NCBI GenBank assembly: GCA_963676565.1
Contig: OY781089.1
Location: 1,952,001-2,016,000 of the forward strand
DNA length: 64,000 nt
Reading direction: 5' to 3'
Origin: Halarcobacter sp.
GTDB lineage: Bacteria > Campylobacterota > Campylobacteria > Campylobacterales > Arcobacteraceae
A program made the position numbers and the translations under genes. Below the pieces are notes generated by a model. The model had not been told where the DNA came from. It made no database searches and saw only the letters and a list, made by a program, of their open reading frames with translations. Position 1 is the stretch's first letter. Every line of letters starts with the position of its first letter. Shown here piece by piece: positions 18,486-28,474 of this stretch.

Positions 18486-19620
18486 TTATCTTTTTAAAAG
18501 TTGAATCTTCGTATTTAAATAAATAAACATTGTTTGATAGTTGATCTTTTTTATGGTCAAGTTTAATACCTCTTAACATCTCATTTGGAAGTTTATTCCA
18601 TTCTTTTAAGAAAGCACTTCTAGTTAATGTACCTTTTACATTTTTAATTGATTCAACAACACTTTTCGCAACAAGAAAGGCTTCCAGGGAGATAAAACCT
18701 AATGATTCTTTAGGATAATATCTTCTCATCATATATTTATACTCCCTAACAATTTCAATTTTAAAATTATCAAAACTTGGAACTACTTGAGAAAAAATTA
18801 CATTTTTTGTTTCATACTTTAGCTCTTTTACAATAGCACTTGCATCACCAAAGGAGATATTACAAAAAATTGAATTTTCTAATAAAGGGTCTAACTTGGC
18901 TTTTTTTATAAATAATGCATTTGCTTTATATGCACCCACCATAATAATAGCTTCAGGGTTTGAATCTCTAATTTCACTAAATGCATGCTTTATTGATAAG
19001 GTATTTCTTTTATACATACCCTCACCACTTAAAGTTAAACCTCTATTTCTAAGAGATTTTATAGTTGAAACAAAACCCTCTTCACCATAATCATCATTTT
19101 GATAAAAAACAGCAAATCTTTTTATATTTTTTTTAGTATTTAAATACTCAATTATTCTATCAATCTCTTCATAATAAGAAGCTCTAAAGTTTACAATGTT
19201 TTGTTTATTTTTATCCCTTAAAAAAGAAGCCCCAGTAAAAGGAGCTATAAATGGTATAGAGTTGTTTTCTATAATAGGTAATATTTTTTTTACTGTAGGG
19301 GTACCAACATAACCATAAAATGCAAATAAATCTTTTCTCTTTAATAGTTTATTTGTATTTTCAATTGTTAGATTTGGCTCATATTTGTCATCTAGTGAAA
19401 CTAAAGATATTTTTTTCTTATTTGGTAAAATACTTTTTTCATTAACATATTTAAAGTAGGCATTTGTACCAATCTCTACATTATGTCCCCAGTCTTTCAT
19501 AATACCAGTTTTAGGTAATGAAGCCCCAAGTATTATATTGTTGCTATAATATTTTTGATCATTGAAAAAATAAACAAGAGAGGTAAAAATAATAAAAAAT
19601 GCAATTAAAATTTTTTTCAA
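18472..19620 (-). CDS. Periplasmic binding protein (type I, LivJ-like), probable accessory sensor for the adjacent kinase
   Basis: LDDKYEP, GYVGTPT, APFTGA, NFRASY and YQNDDYG motifs; no permease or ATPase nearby. Confidence 0.85.
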   Translation of the reverse strand: MKKILIAFFIIFTSLVYFFNDQKYYSNNIILGASLPKTGIMKDWGHNVEIGTNAYFKYVNEKSILPNKKKISLVSLDDKYEPNLTIENTNKLLKRKDLFAFYGYVGTPTVKKILPIIENNSIPFIAPFTGASFLRDKNKQNIVNFRASYYEEIDRIIEYLNTKKNIKRFAVFYQNDDYGEEGFVSTIKSLRNRGLTLSGEGMYKRNTLSIKHAFSEIRDSNPEAIIMVGAYKANALFIKKAKLDPLLENSIFCNISFGDASAIVKELKYETKNVIFSQVVPSFDNFKIEIVREYKYMMRRYYPKESLGFISLEAFLVAKSVVESIKNVKGTLTRSAFLKEWNKLPNEMLRGIKLDHKKDQLSNNVYLFKYEDSTFKKINEDD

Positions 19621-19749
19621 TAATTCTCCTTAAATAAATAATTATACCATAATAGTAAACTTAAATTTAACAAAAATTAAAAAGTTATATAAATTTAGTA
19701 AAAAAAACTTAACTAATTAAGCTTTGATAAAGTTTAAACATTTTAAAAT

Positions 19750-19767
19750 GGTAAAATATTTTTTACC
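19750..19767. promoter_or_regulatory. Palindromic operator GGTAAA-N6-TTTACC
   Basis: TGGTAAAATATTTTTTACCA, 15 nt before the ferredoxin start. Confidence 0.55.
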
Positions 19768-19782
19768 AATAAGGCATAGGTT

Positions 19783-21486
19783 ATGCAAGAGTATATTTAC
19801 TACAACAAACAAAACTTAGATTTTCCATTATCTGAAAAGATTTTAGTGACTAACAATATGATTGAATATAAAGATTCAGATTTTATTGTTTCAAATACAA
19901 ATCTTTTTAATGCAGAACTAGTTGCTGATGAAATCGACTTTTATATTAGAAACTCACAAGATACAATAGCTAATAAAATTAAAAATGTTGAAAAACTTTA
20001 TGACTTAAATGAAGTAAGGTTTGACAATGCACAAGATATGACATTTAGTCAAGATGTACAGAAAAAAGTTTTATTAATTTGTGATGAGTCATGGAAAAAA
20101 GAGTTTATTAAAAAAATAGTCTCAAATGAATTCGATCTTTTTCATATAAATGAAAATATTTTAAAATCAATTGATGGTTCAATTGGAAATTTAAATGTAA
20201 TAGTAGATGATGAGAATAAAGATGTAACTTTAAATGTAGACCAAATTATATGGTTTGACATGAAAGATGAAGGTAAAAAACAAAGTGGTTGTTTTGATCC
20301 TCTTGAAACTTCTATTGATGATGTTTTAGCTCAAGTAAGAGCGAATATTTCAAATTATGAATATAGAAAATTTTTAACTTATGATAAAACTATCTGTCAA
20401 TATCACGAAAGAAGAGAAGAAACTTGCGCTAAGTGTGTAGACGTTTGCCCAACAACTACAATTATTAAAGATGATAAAAATAAACATTTACACTTTTCTC
20501 AAATTGATTGTCATGGATGTGGCGGTTGTATCTCAGTATGTCCAAGTGGTGCTTTAGATTATACACCATCAAATAGAGAGTCTATTTATTCAATGAGTAA
20601 ATTTTTCGATGGACATATCCCTTTGATTGTTCCACATAAAATGAATATCTCATCTTTAGAAGTATCCTTAAAAGAGAATGTTTTACCATTTAAAATAGAA
20701 GGTGAGAAATTTTTACATGAATCAACTTTATTAACATTATTGCAAGAATCAGGTTCACAAGTAGTTTTTTATACTGACTTTTTATCTAAAGGAACAATTG
20801 ATTCTATTTCTATATTAAATCAAATTTATCAAGCAAAATATCAAAAAGATGCAATTATCGTTGTAATGAATAAAGAAGAGTTGATTGATGCTTTAGAAAA
20901 AGCAGATTTTATTGATGGGTCTAAATATAAATTAAATGATATGAGTTTAAGAAAAAGAGAAAATTTTGCAATAAGACTTTCAAAAATTGTTGGTGAATAT
21001 GATTATGGTGAAGTACAAACAGGACCAAATGTTCATTATGCAAAGGTTGAAGTAAATGAAGCAAATTGTACTTTATGTTTATCATGTGTTGGTGCATGTA
21101 ATGTAAATGCAATCTTTGCAGATGCTAAAGACAATACTTTAAGATTAAATCCTTCTTTATGTACATCATGTGGATATTGTGAAGCATCTTGCCCTGAAGC
21201 AGACTGTTTAACAATAAAAAGAGACGTAATTGAATTACAACCTATGTGGTTTAAAGAAAATATTTTAGCAAAAGATTCACTTTTTGCCTGTGTTGAGTGT
21301 GGTAAAGAGTTTGCTACAACAAAATCAGTTGAAAAGATTGCAAAAATCATGTCTCCTATCTTTGCTAAAGATCCAATCAAAGAAAGAACACTTTATTGTT
21401 GTGAAACATGTAAACCAAAAATTATGATGAAAAGTTATATGGAAAATAAAGATGCATATAATAATCCACAAGGTGTAAGTTTATGA
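19783..21486 (+). CDS. FDH-associated polyferredoxin (multiple 4Fe-4S)
   Basis: Motifs CAKCVDVCP, CHGCGGCISVCP, CTLCLSCVGAC, CTSCGYCEASCP, CVECGK and CCETC. Confidence 0.88.
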   Translation: MQEYIYYNKQNLDFPLSEKILVTNNMIEYKDSDFIVSNTNLFNAELVADEIDFYIRNSQDTIANKIKNVEKLYDLNEVRFDNAQDMTFSQDVQKKVLLICDESWKKEFIKKIVSNEFDLFHINENILKSIDGSIGNLNVIVDDENKDVTLNVDQIIWFDMKDEGKKQSGCFDPLETSIDDVLAQVRANISNYEYRKFLTYDKTICQYHERREETCAKCVDVCPTTTIIKDDKNKHLHFSQIDCHGCGGCISVCPSGALDYTPSNRESIYSMSKFFDGHIPLIVPHKMNISSLEVSLKENVLPFKIEGEKFLHESTLLTLLQESGSQVVFYTDFLSKGTIDSISILNQIYQAKYQKDAIIVVMNKEELIDALEKADFIDGSKYKLNDMSLRKRENFAIRLSKIVGEYDYGEVQTGPNVHYAKVEVNEANCTLCLSCVGACNVNAIFADAKDNTLRLNPSLCTSCGYCEASCPEADCLTIKRDVIELQPMWFKENILAKDSLFACVECGKEFATTKSVEKIAKIMSPIFAKDPIKERTLYCCETCKPKIMMKSYMENKDAYNNPQGVSL

Positions 21487-22190
21487 TAGATAATCAGAAG
21501 TTAAACAAAGCAAGAGTTCTTTATTATGGACTCTTCTCTTCTGTATTCTCTTTTATTAATAGTAAAAGTGATTATGAGAAGGTTATACATACTATTGAAT
21601 TTTTAAGTCAAAATCCAATTGATGAAAATAGTAAAGTTGCTTTCGCAAGTATTAAAGACTTTTTCGAAAAAAAGGGTTTTGAAGGTTTAAAAGAAGAAAA
21701 CAATAATCTTTTTTTTAGTCCAAGTACTTCATTTATTCCAGTTACAGCTTCTTTTTATGAAGAGGATAGGGATGATGGACAAAAAAGAGTTGAAATGTCA
21801 GGATATGTTTTAAAATCTAATTTTAGAAAAAATAATGAAAGTTTTAAAGAATCAGAAGATCATATATCTTTTATTTTTGCATTTTTACAAAAAGTTATAG
21901 AACAAGATATAAAAAATGATAAAAACCAATTAGTACTGGATGTTTTTTCTAACATTCTAAATACTATAGTTGATAGATTTATTGAAAATGTTTATTTCCA
22001 TGAAAGTAGTGTTTTTTATAAAAATATTGCAGTTATATTAAAAGTTTTTATTGAGTTAGAAAGAGTTTATTTAGATGTTAAAAAAGTTGAAACTACAAAT
22101 ATTAGAGTTCAACAGGAATTATTTCATCAAAAGAAAAAAGGTTTTACAAAAAGAGCAAAAAGAAACTTTGACGAAGTTACAAGTTTATAG
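21483..22190 (+). CDS. TorD/DmsD-family formate dehydrogenase chaperone (copy 1)
   Basis: TASFY and ESEDHI motifs; upstream of fdh; paralog of 27387. Confidence 0.85.
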   Translation: MIDNQKLNKARVLYYGLFSSVFSFINSKSDYEKVIHTIEFLSQNPIDENSKVAFASIKDFFEKKGFEGLKEENNNLFFSPSTSFIPVTASFYEEDRDDGQKRVEMSGYVLKSNFRKNNESFKESEDHISFIFAFLQKVIEQDIKNDKNQLVLDVFSNILNTIVDRFIENVYFHESSVFYKNIAVILKVFIELERVYLDVKKVETTNIRVQQELFHQKKKGFTKRAKRNFDEVTSL

Positions 22191-22209
22191 TTCATTTTTT
22201 TTAATTTTA

Positions 22210-22230
22210 AATATGCATTTATTGCATATT
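22210..22230. promoter_or_regulatory. Operator AATATGC-N7-GCATATT (copy 1)
   Basis: Exact palindrome, extends to TTTTAAATATGCA..TGCATATTTAAAA. Confidence 0.65.
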
Positions 22231-22265
22231 TAAAAAATGTTTCAAAATAATATCACATTATTCGC

Positions 22266-22306
22266 TCTTTTTTATAATATGCAAAATTTGCATATTATAA
22301 AAAAGA
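22266..22306. promoter_or_regulatory. Operator AATATGC-N7-GCATATT (copy 2) embedded in a 17-bp-arm inverted repeat
   Basis: TCTTTTTTATAATATGC-AAAATTT-GCATATTATAAAAAAGA. Confidence 0.65.
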
Positions 22307-22377
22307 TACCAGAGAAAAACTATTTTTTTGTGGTATCTCTTTTAAATGAAGGAGAAATTTTAGCTTGGAGGAGAGCA

Positions 22378-22584
22378 ATGAAAGAACAAAGAAGAAGTTT
22401 TATCAAAAAAACTCTTGGTGCAAGTGCTTTGGTAGCAGCAGGTGCTGCAACAACGGCAATTGCTAATAGTGATAGTAAAAATTTCACTAGTTCAAATGGT
22501 GTAGTAGTTGGAAAATCTAATAAAAAAGAGATTTTATATAAAGAAACTGCAGAATGGGAAGCTTTTTACAAAGCTAGTTATTAA
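22378..22584 (+). CDS. Small Tat-signal FDH accessory protein (copy 1)
   Basis: GGAGGAG RBS, MKEQRRSFIKK Tat motif, NGVVVGKS..KEILY...W..FY. Confidence 0.8.
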   Translation: MKEQRRSFIKKTLGASALVAAGAATTAIANSDSKNFTSSNGVVVGKSNKKEILYKETAEWEAFYKASY

Positions 22585-22607
22585 TTGTATTATTAAGGAG
22601 AAGATAA

Positions 22608-25448
22608 ATGGGTAGTAATTTACTCAATGATTTATCTTTGAAAATGGGAAGAAGAAACTTTCTTAAACTTGCTTCTATTGGAGCAGGGGTTGGTGCTACA
22701 TCTATGTTTGCATCAAGTAATAGTGTAAGAGAAGCAACACAAGAGGAAGTTAAAAATCCATTTCCTGGATCAAAGAGAGTCAAAACAATATGTAGTATAT
22801 GTTCTGCTGGCTGTGGAATTATTGCAGAAGTACAAAATGGTGTTTGGGTAAGACAAGATGTTGCACAAGACCATCCTATTAGTGAGGGTAGTCATTGTTG
22901 TAAAGGGATTGACCAAATAGATTTGGTTAAAAGTAAACAAAGGGTTAAATATCCTTTAAAAAAAGTAAATGGAAAATGGGAAAGACTTTCTTGGGAAACA
23001 GCCATTAAAGAGATTTCAGAAAAGATGCTTAAGTTAAGAGCAGAAAATGGTCCGGATGTGGCTATGTTCTTAGGTTCTGCAAAATTTAATTTACAACAAG
23101 CTTTTTATTTTAGAAAATTTGCTGCTTTATGGGGTACGAATAACATAGATCACGTAGCAAGAATTTGACATAGTGCAACAGTCGCTGGTGTGGCGAATAC
23201 ATGGGGTTATGGTGCTATGACAAATCATTTTGGTGATGTTGTTGGAAACTCAAAAGCAATTTTTATGATTGGTGCAAACTCAGCAGTTGCAAATCCTATT
23301 GGATTTAAACATATGCTGCAAGCAAAAGATAGAAATAATGCAAAACTTATTGTCGTGGATCCTGTATTCACAAAATCTGCTGCAAAAGCGGATCATTATT
23401 TAAGAATTAGAACCGGTACAGATGTAGCTTTTATCTATGGATTATTGCATGTTATTTTCAAAAATGGCTGGGAAGATAAAAACTTTATTGAAAGTCGTGT
23501 ATATGGAATGGATGAAGTTAGAGAAGAAGCAAAAAAATGGACACCGGAAGAGACTTCCGATGTAACTGGTATTCCTGCATCTCAAATTGTTCAAATTGCT
23601 ACTTTATTAGCAAAAACTAAACCTGCTACCGTTGTATGGGCACTGGGAATTACTCAACACAGTACAGGTACATCAAATACAAGAATACTTCCTATTTTAC
23701 AATTAGTTCTTGGAAATATGGGTAAAAAAGGTGGAGGATGTAATATTATTAGAGGACATGATAATGTTCAAGGTTCTACTGATATGTGTTGTCTTGCTGA
23801 TAGTTTACCTGGATATTATGGTTTAGGTGAAGCTTCTTGGAAATATTATGCAAAAGCTTGGGGCTTAGATTATAACTGGCTTCAAAACAGATTTGCAGCT
23901 CCTAAATGGATGAATGAAAAAGGTTTCTCTCTTGCTAAATGGTGGCAAGGTGTACTTCAAGAAGAAAAAACTTACTCTTCAAGTCCAATTAGAGCTTTAT
24001 GGGTTCAAGGTACTGGTATTACATCTATGGCTCAAACTGCAAAAGTGCAAGAGGCGTTAGATAAATTAGATTTATTAGTTGTTGCAGAACCATTTGTAAA
24101 TGAAGCTGCTGTTATTACAAGTAAAAAGGATAATATCTATATTTTACCTGTTGCTACACAGTTTGAAAACGAAGGAAGTGTAACAGCTACAAACAGATCT
24201 TCTCAATGGAGAAGTAAAGTTGTTGACCCATTATATGAATCAAAAACTGACCACGAAGTGATGTTTGAATTTGCAAAACAGTTTGGTTTTTATGATGAAT
24301 ATACTAAAGCCATGAAAATGGATGTTGTTGATGGTGAATATAAACAAGTTAAAAATGAGTTTAATTGGCCAGATGATGCATCAAATGAACTTGCAAGAAC
24401 AGTTAAAACTATTGGTCTTGGTGGTTGGACTGCAAAAAGACTTAGAGAACATCAAGAAAATTGGCATCTGTTTGATCCTATTACTTTAGAAGGACGTGGA
24501 AAATACAAAGGTGAATATTATGGTTTACCTTGGCCTAGTTGGGATACTAAACATCCTGGAAGTCCTATTTTATATGATGTTGATACTCCTGTTAGCCAAG
24601 GTGGTATGGGATTCAGAAATAGATTTGGTTTAGAACATGATGGGGTTTCACAATTACCAGATGAAGGTCTAAGTGTAAAAGGCTCAGATATTAAAGGTGG
24701 ATACCCAGAAATTACAAAAGCAAATATCGAAGAGGTTTTAGGAATAAAACTTACAGATGAAGAAAAAAGAAAAATGGGTGCAAACTGGAAAGTTGATTTA
24801 AGTGGAATTATTCAAGAAAAATGTAATGAAAAAGGTGTTTGTGTTTATGGAAATGCAAAAGCAAGAGCTAAAGTATGGACATTCCCTGACCCTGTTCCAA
24901 AACATAGAGAACCAATCCACTCTCCAAGAATGGATTTAGTAAGAAAATATCCAACTTATGAGGATCAAACAAATAACTTTAGAGTTGATGTTAGATTTAA
25001 ATCTGAGCAAACTGCCCAAGATTGGTCAAAAGAGTTCCCAACTATGCTTGTTACAATGAGAGTTGTAAATTTAAGTGGGGCTGGTATGCTTGAGCGAACA
25101 AGTAAATATCTTTCTCATATTACTCCTGAAATGTTTGCTCATATTAATCCAGAATTAGCAGCTGAACATGGACTAAGAGATGGTGATATGATGTGGTTAC
25201 ATTCTCCACAAGGAACAAAGATTAAGGTTCAAGCACAATACAGTGATAGAGTTACTCCTGATAGAATCTCTTTACCATACAACTTTGCTGGTGTTATGCA
25301 AGGTGTAGATATGAGTGCAAACTATCCAGAGGGAACAAAACCTTATGCAATAGGGGAAAGTTCAAATACTATTACAAACTACGGGTTTGATATTATCACT
25401 CAGATACCAGAGTTCAACGCTGGTTTATGTAGAATAGAAAAAGCATAG
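22608..25448 (+). CDS. fdhA: Formate dehydrogenase alpha subunit 1 (Mo/W-bisPGD selenoprotein; Sec at TGA 23166-23168)
   Basis: The two track ORFs join in frame via ...DHVARI-TGA-HSATVAG; RRNFLK Tat signal, CSICSAGC, RGHDNVQG. Confidence 0.95.
23181..23194 (+). promoter_or_regulatory. Bacterial SECIS of fdhA1
   Basis: GUCGC-UGGU-GUGGC hairpin 12 nt after the UGA, nearly identical in fdhA2. Confidence 0.7.
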
Positions 25449-25457
25449 GAGAAGAAG

Positions 25458-26039
25458 ATGAGTGAAATGTCAAGAATGAAGTTTTTTTGTGATGAAGATA
25501 GATGTATAGAGTGTTTTGCTTGTGAAGTTGCTTGTGCTGAAGCACATGAGTTACCAGCAGGTATCAATAGAAGAAAAGTAATTACAATGAATGAAGGTAT
25601 TGAAAACCTTGAGTATTCATTATCAATTGCTTGTATGCATTGTACAGATGCACCTTGTGAACAAGTATGTCCAGTAGATTGTTTCTACATTAGAGAAGAT
25701 GGGATTGTTTTACACGATAAAGAAAAATGTATAGGTTGTGGTTATTGTTTATACGCTTGTCCTTTCGGCGCTCCTCAATTTCCACAAGATGGTGCATTTG
25801 GTACTAAAGGTGCTATGGATAAATGTACAATGTGTGCTGGTGGTCCGCTTGAAACAAATAGTGAACATGAAAGAGAACTTTATGGGCAAAATAGAATTGC
25901 GGAAGGTAAAGTTCCTATGTGTGCTGCTGTTTGTGCAACAAATGCTTTACTTGTAGGGGATTCTCAAAAAGTGTCTGAAATATATAGACAAAGAGTGTTA
26001 TCTAGAGGGCATAATCATACAAAACCTCAGACAATGTAA
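25458..26039 (+). CDS. fdhB: Formate dehydrogenase iron-sulfur (beta) subunit 1
   Basis: Four ferredoxin motifs (CIECFAC, CMHC..PC..VCP, CIGCGYC..ACP, KCTMC). Confidence 0.95.
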   Translation: MSEMSRMKFFCDEDRCIECFACEVACAEAHELPAGINRRKVITMNEGIENLEYSLSIACMHCTDAPCEQVCPVDCFYIREDGIVLHDKEKCIGCGYCLYACPFGAPQFPQDGAFGTKGAMDKCTMCAGGPLETNSEHERELYGQNRIAEGKVPMCAAVCATNALLVGDSQKVSEIYRQRVLSRGHNHTKPQTM

Positions 26040-26049
26040 AAGAGTTAAA

Positions 26050-26949
26050 ATGAAAACGAAATATATAGTTTTAACTCTATTGACACTATCAGCATTAGCC
26101 TTTGGAGCTAATGCAGATAGCGCAATATGGGGGAAAGACTTAGTACCCAACATTTTAGGTTATGATAAAGAGGGTTCATTGCATCTTGGACCTTTATTTA
26201 CACTTTTACAAGGTAAATATTTTTCAATTGCATTTTTAGCGATTTTGTTTGGTGTACCTGCAGTTTTCGCTATACACTATTTTATTATTGGACCTAAAAT
26301 ATTTTCTCATGATAGAAAAAAGATTAAAGTATTCAATATGTTTCATAGATTGATTCACTGGATTGCTGGATTTTCATTTTTAGTACTTATCCCAACAGGA
26401 TTTGTAATGATATTTGGTTCAGTATTTGAAGGTGGAACTTTTGTTAGAATCTGTAAAGAGTTACATGCAATTTCAACAGTGTTCTTTGCTATTTCTGTTA
26501 TTCCAATGACAATCATGTGGATAAGAGAGATGTTACCAACAATGGACGATGTAAAATGGATGATGATTCTAGGTGGATACTTAAGTAAAGTAAAAAGACC
26601 AATTCCTGCAGGTAAATTTAATGCAGGTCAAAAAATGTGGTTTTGGGTTTGTACATTTGGTGGGATTTTAATGATTCTAACTGGTGCAGCAATGTATTTT
26701 CAGGACTTCACTCTTCCTGTGCTTGCTACATATGGTATAACACAAATCGATTTTTTAAGAGCATGCGCAATTATTCATAATGTAATGGGAATGGCTGTAG
26801 CAGCATTATTTTTTACTCACGTATATATGTCAATGTTTGCAATTAAAGGTGCAATTCATTCGATGATTAGTGGGTATAAAGAGGAAGAAGAGATAGAAAT
26901 TCTTCACAGCTCTTATTACAAAAAGTTAAAAAAACAGAAAAAACTTTAA
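26050..26949 (+). CDS. fdhC: Formate dehydrogenase cytochrome b (gamma) subunit 1
   Basis: Multi-TM; heme-ligand His residues (RLIHW, ELHA, IIHN, THVYM); GKFNAGQK. Confidence 0.93.
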   Translation: MKTKYIVLTLLTLSALAFGANADSAIWGKDLVPNILGYDKEGSLHLGPLFTLLQGKYFSIAFLAILFGVPAVFAIHYFIIGPKIFSHDRKKIKVFNMFHRLIHWIAGFSFLVLIPTGFVMIFGSVFEGGTFVRICKELHAISTVFFAISVIPMTIMWIREMLPTMDDVKWMMILGGYLSKVKRPIPAGKFNAGQKMWFWVCTFGGILMILTGAAMYFQDFTLPVLATYGITQIDFLRACAIIHNVMGMAVAALFFTHVYMSMFAIKGAIHSMISGYKEEEEIEILHSSYYKKLKKQKKL

Positions 26950-26976
26950 AAAATCCTCTCGAAAAGAGAGGATTTT
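26950..26976 (+). terminator. Intrinsic terminator after fdhC1
   Basis: AAAATCCTCTC-GAAAA-GAGAGGATTTT. Confidence 0.8.
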
Positions 26977-27080
26977 ATTATATTAATAAAAAAAATTAAA
27001 AAAAATTAGAAAGTTTTTTTTAATTTTAAATCTATCATTTATAACAATAAAAAAATATTTTTATTTAAAAAAAAATTTTT

Positions 27081-27101
27081 AATATGCGAAAAATGCATAT
27101 T
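27081..27101. promoter_or_regulatory. Operator AATATGC-N7-GCATATT (copy 3)
   Basis: AATATGC-GAAAAAT-GCATATT upstream of FDH operon 2. Confidence 0.65.
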
Positions 27102-27121
27102 TTTAAAACAATGAATTTTAG

Positions 27122-27309
27122 GGTAAAGTAAAATTTAGTTTTTCATTGTTAATAACTTTTATTACCTTTAGGTAAATAAAAATTTACATATTTTAGTTAT
27201 TTATTTTCATTTAAAAATTTTCTAATGCTCGTAAATATGGATGTTTTTCAGAAATGATTAATCTATATTTAAAGTTATATGTTTAAAATTAGGTAAATAA
27301 AAATTTACC
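27122..27309. promoter_or_regulatory. Three GGTAAA-N6-TTTAC-type sites (27122, 27171, 27292)
   Basis: One perfect and two near-perfect copies upstream of FDH operon 2. Confidence 0.55.
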
Positions 27310-27386
27310 ATAATTATTTCATAGCATACTCTATGAAATAGAATTGAAGTAAATTATTACTTACTTTTAAAAGGAAAGAGGAAGTT

Positions 27387-28160
27387 ATGAAATATCAGGA
27401 GATTAATAAAGCAAGAGCTTTATATTATGCAATGTTTTCTAGATTTTTTGTTTTTACAACAGATAACAATAGATATCTAGAATTAATTACATTAATTGAC
27501 TCTTTAAAACAAAATCCTTTAGATGAATCTACAAAAGAGGCATTTGAAAATATTAGAGCTGTTTTAAAATCTGATTCAAATATTGCATTTATGAATGAAT
27601 TTGATGAGATTTTTCACTCACCACGTACAAAAACAGTTAGAACAACTGCATCATATTTTGATGAGAATATTGAAAGTGGTAAAAAAAGAGTTGAGATGCA
27701 AAACTTCTTAGGAAAAACAAAAATAAGAAGAGATGAATCTAAATACACTGATTATGAAGATCATATAGGTTTTATATTTACAGTTATGGCTGAATTATGT
27801 GAACTTCAAGCAGAAGGTCACGATGAGTATTCAAATACTATTCACTGTATCTTCGCACAAATTTTAAATGAATTTGTAGATGAATTTTCACAAGAATTAT
27901 ATGAGCATGAAAGTGCAGATATTTTTAAAAATGTAATTGTTTTATTAAAAGCATTTGTTGAGTTTGAAAGAATCTATTTAGAAGTTTCAAAACCAAACAT
28001 TGTTTCAAAACCTTCAAAAACAAAAGTTTCTGAAGAGATTTCAGATGAAGAAAAAGCTAGACGTGCAAGAAATAAAGCGATGAAAGCAAATGGACCTAAG
28101 AAAAAAGATGATGAATCTTGCCCTGTATTCGTAACTTACGATGTGGAAGATGGAATCTAA
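27387..28160 (+). CDS. TorD/DmsD-family FDH chaperone (copy 2)
   Basis: TTASYF and YEDHIGF motifs. Confidence 0.85.
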   Translation: MKYQEINKARALYYAMFSRFFVFTTDNNRYLELITLIDSLKQNPLDESTKEAFENIRAVLKSDSNIAFMNEFDEIFHSPRTKTVRTTASYFDENIESGKKRVEMQNFLGKTKIRRDESKYTDYEDHIGFIFTVMAELCELQAEGHDEYSNTIHCIFAQILNEFVDEFSQELYEHESADIFKNVIVLLKAFVEFERIYLEVSKPNIVSKPSKTKVSEEISDEEKARRARNKAMKANGPKKKDDESCPVFVTYDVEDGI

Positions 28161-28169
28161 ATAAAATCA

Positions 28170-28228
28170 CCCCTTATGTGGCTTAAGTAAAGAAATGTCT
28201 TTTCTTTATTTAAGTCTCATTTTTGGGG
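28170..28228 (+). other. Long intercistronic hairpin
   Basis: CCCC..ATGTGGCTTAAGTAAAGAAA-TGTCT-TTTCTTTATTTAAGTCTCAT..GGGG. Confidence 0.55.
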
Positions 28229-28252
28229 CTAATCACAAAAAAAGGAGCAACT

Positions 28253-28459
28253 ATGCAAGAAAGTAGAAGAAATTTTGCTAAAAAAACTGCAATAGTTGTT
28301 GGTGCTACTGCTGTTGGTACCACGGTGTTAGCATCAGCTAACAATTCTACAAAGGCTGACGTAGAATCAAATGGTGTTGTTGTAGGGAAATCTCCTAAAA
28401 AAGAGATTCTTTACAAAAAATCAAAAGCTTGGGAAGATTTTTACAAACAAGCTTTATAA
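28253..28459 (+). CDS. Small Tat-signal FDH accessory protein (copy 2)
   Basis: AAGGAG RBS; MQESRRNFAKK; paralog of 22378. Confidence 0.8.
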   Translation: MQESRRNFAKKTAIVVGATAVGTTVLASANNSTKADVESNGVVVGKSPKKEILYKKSKAWEDFYKQAL

Positions 28460-28474
28460 GAAGGAGAAGTAAGT

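Noticed and set aside
22237..22377. Long N-terminal extension of the small Tat protein (115-aa track ORF); similarly the upstream starts at 7975, 39658 and 62381
   Set aside because: The extensions run through regulatory palindromes or promoter DNA, and better starts with RBSs lie downstream
23166..23168. Apparent nonsense mutations splitting fdhA1, fdhA2 (29033) and both selD genes (pseudogenes)
   Set aside because: Each is an in-frame TGA at the catalytic Cys/Sec position, followed by a SECIS hairpin, and selA/selC are present. These are selenoproteins.
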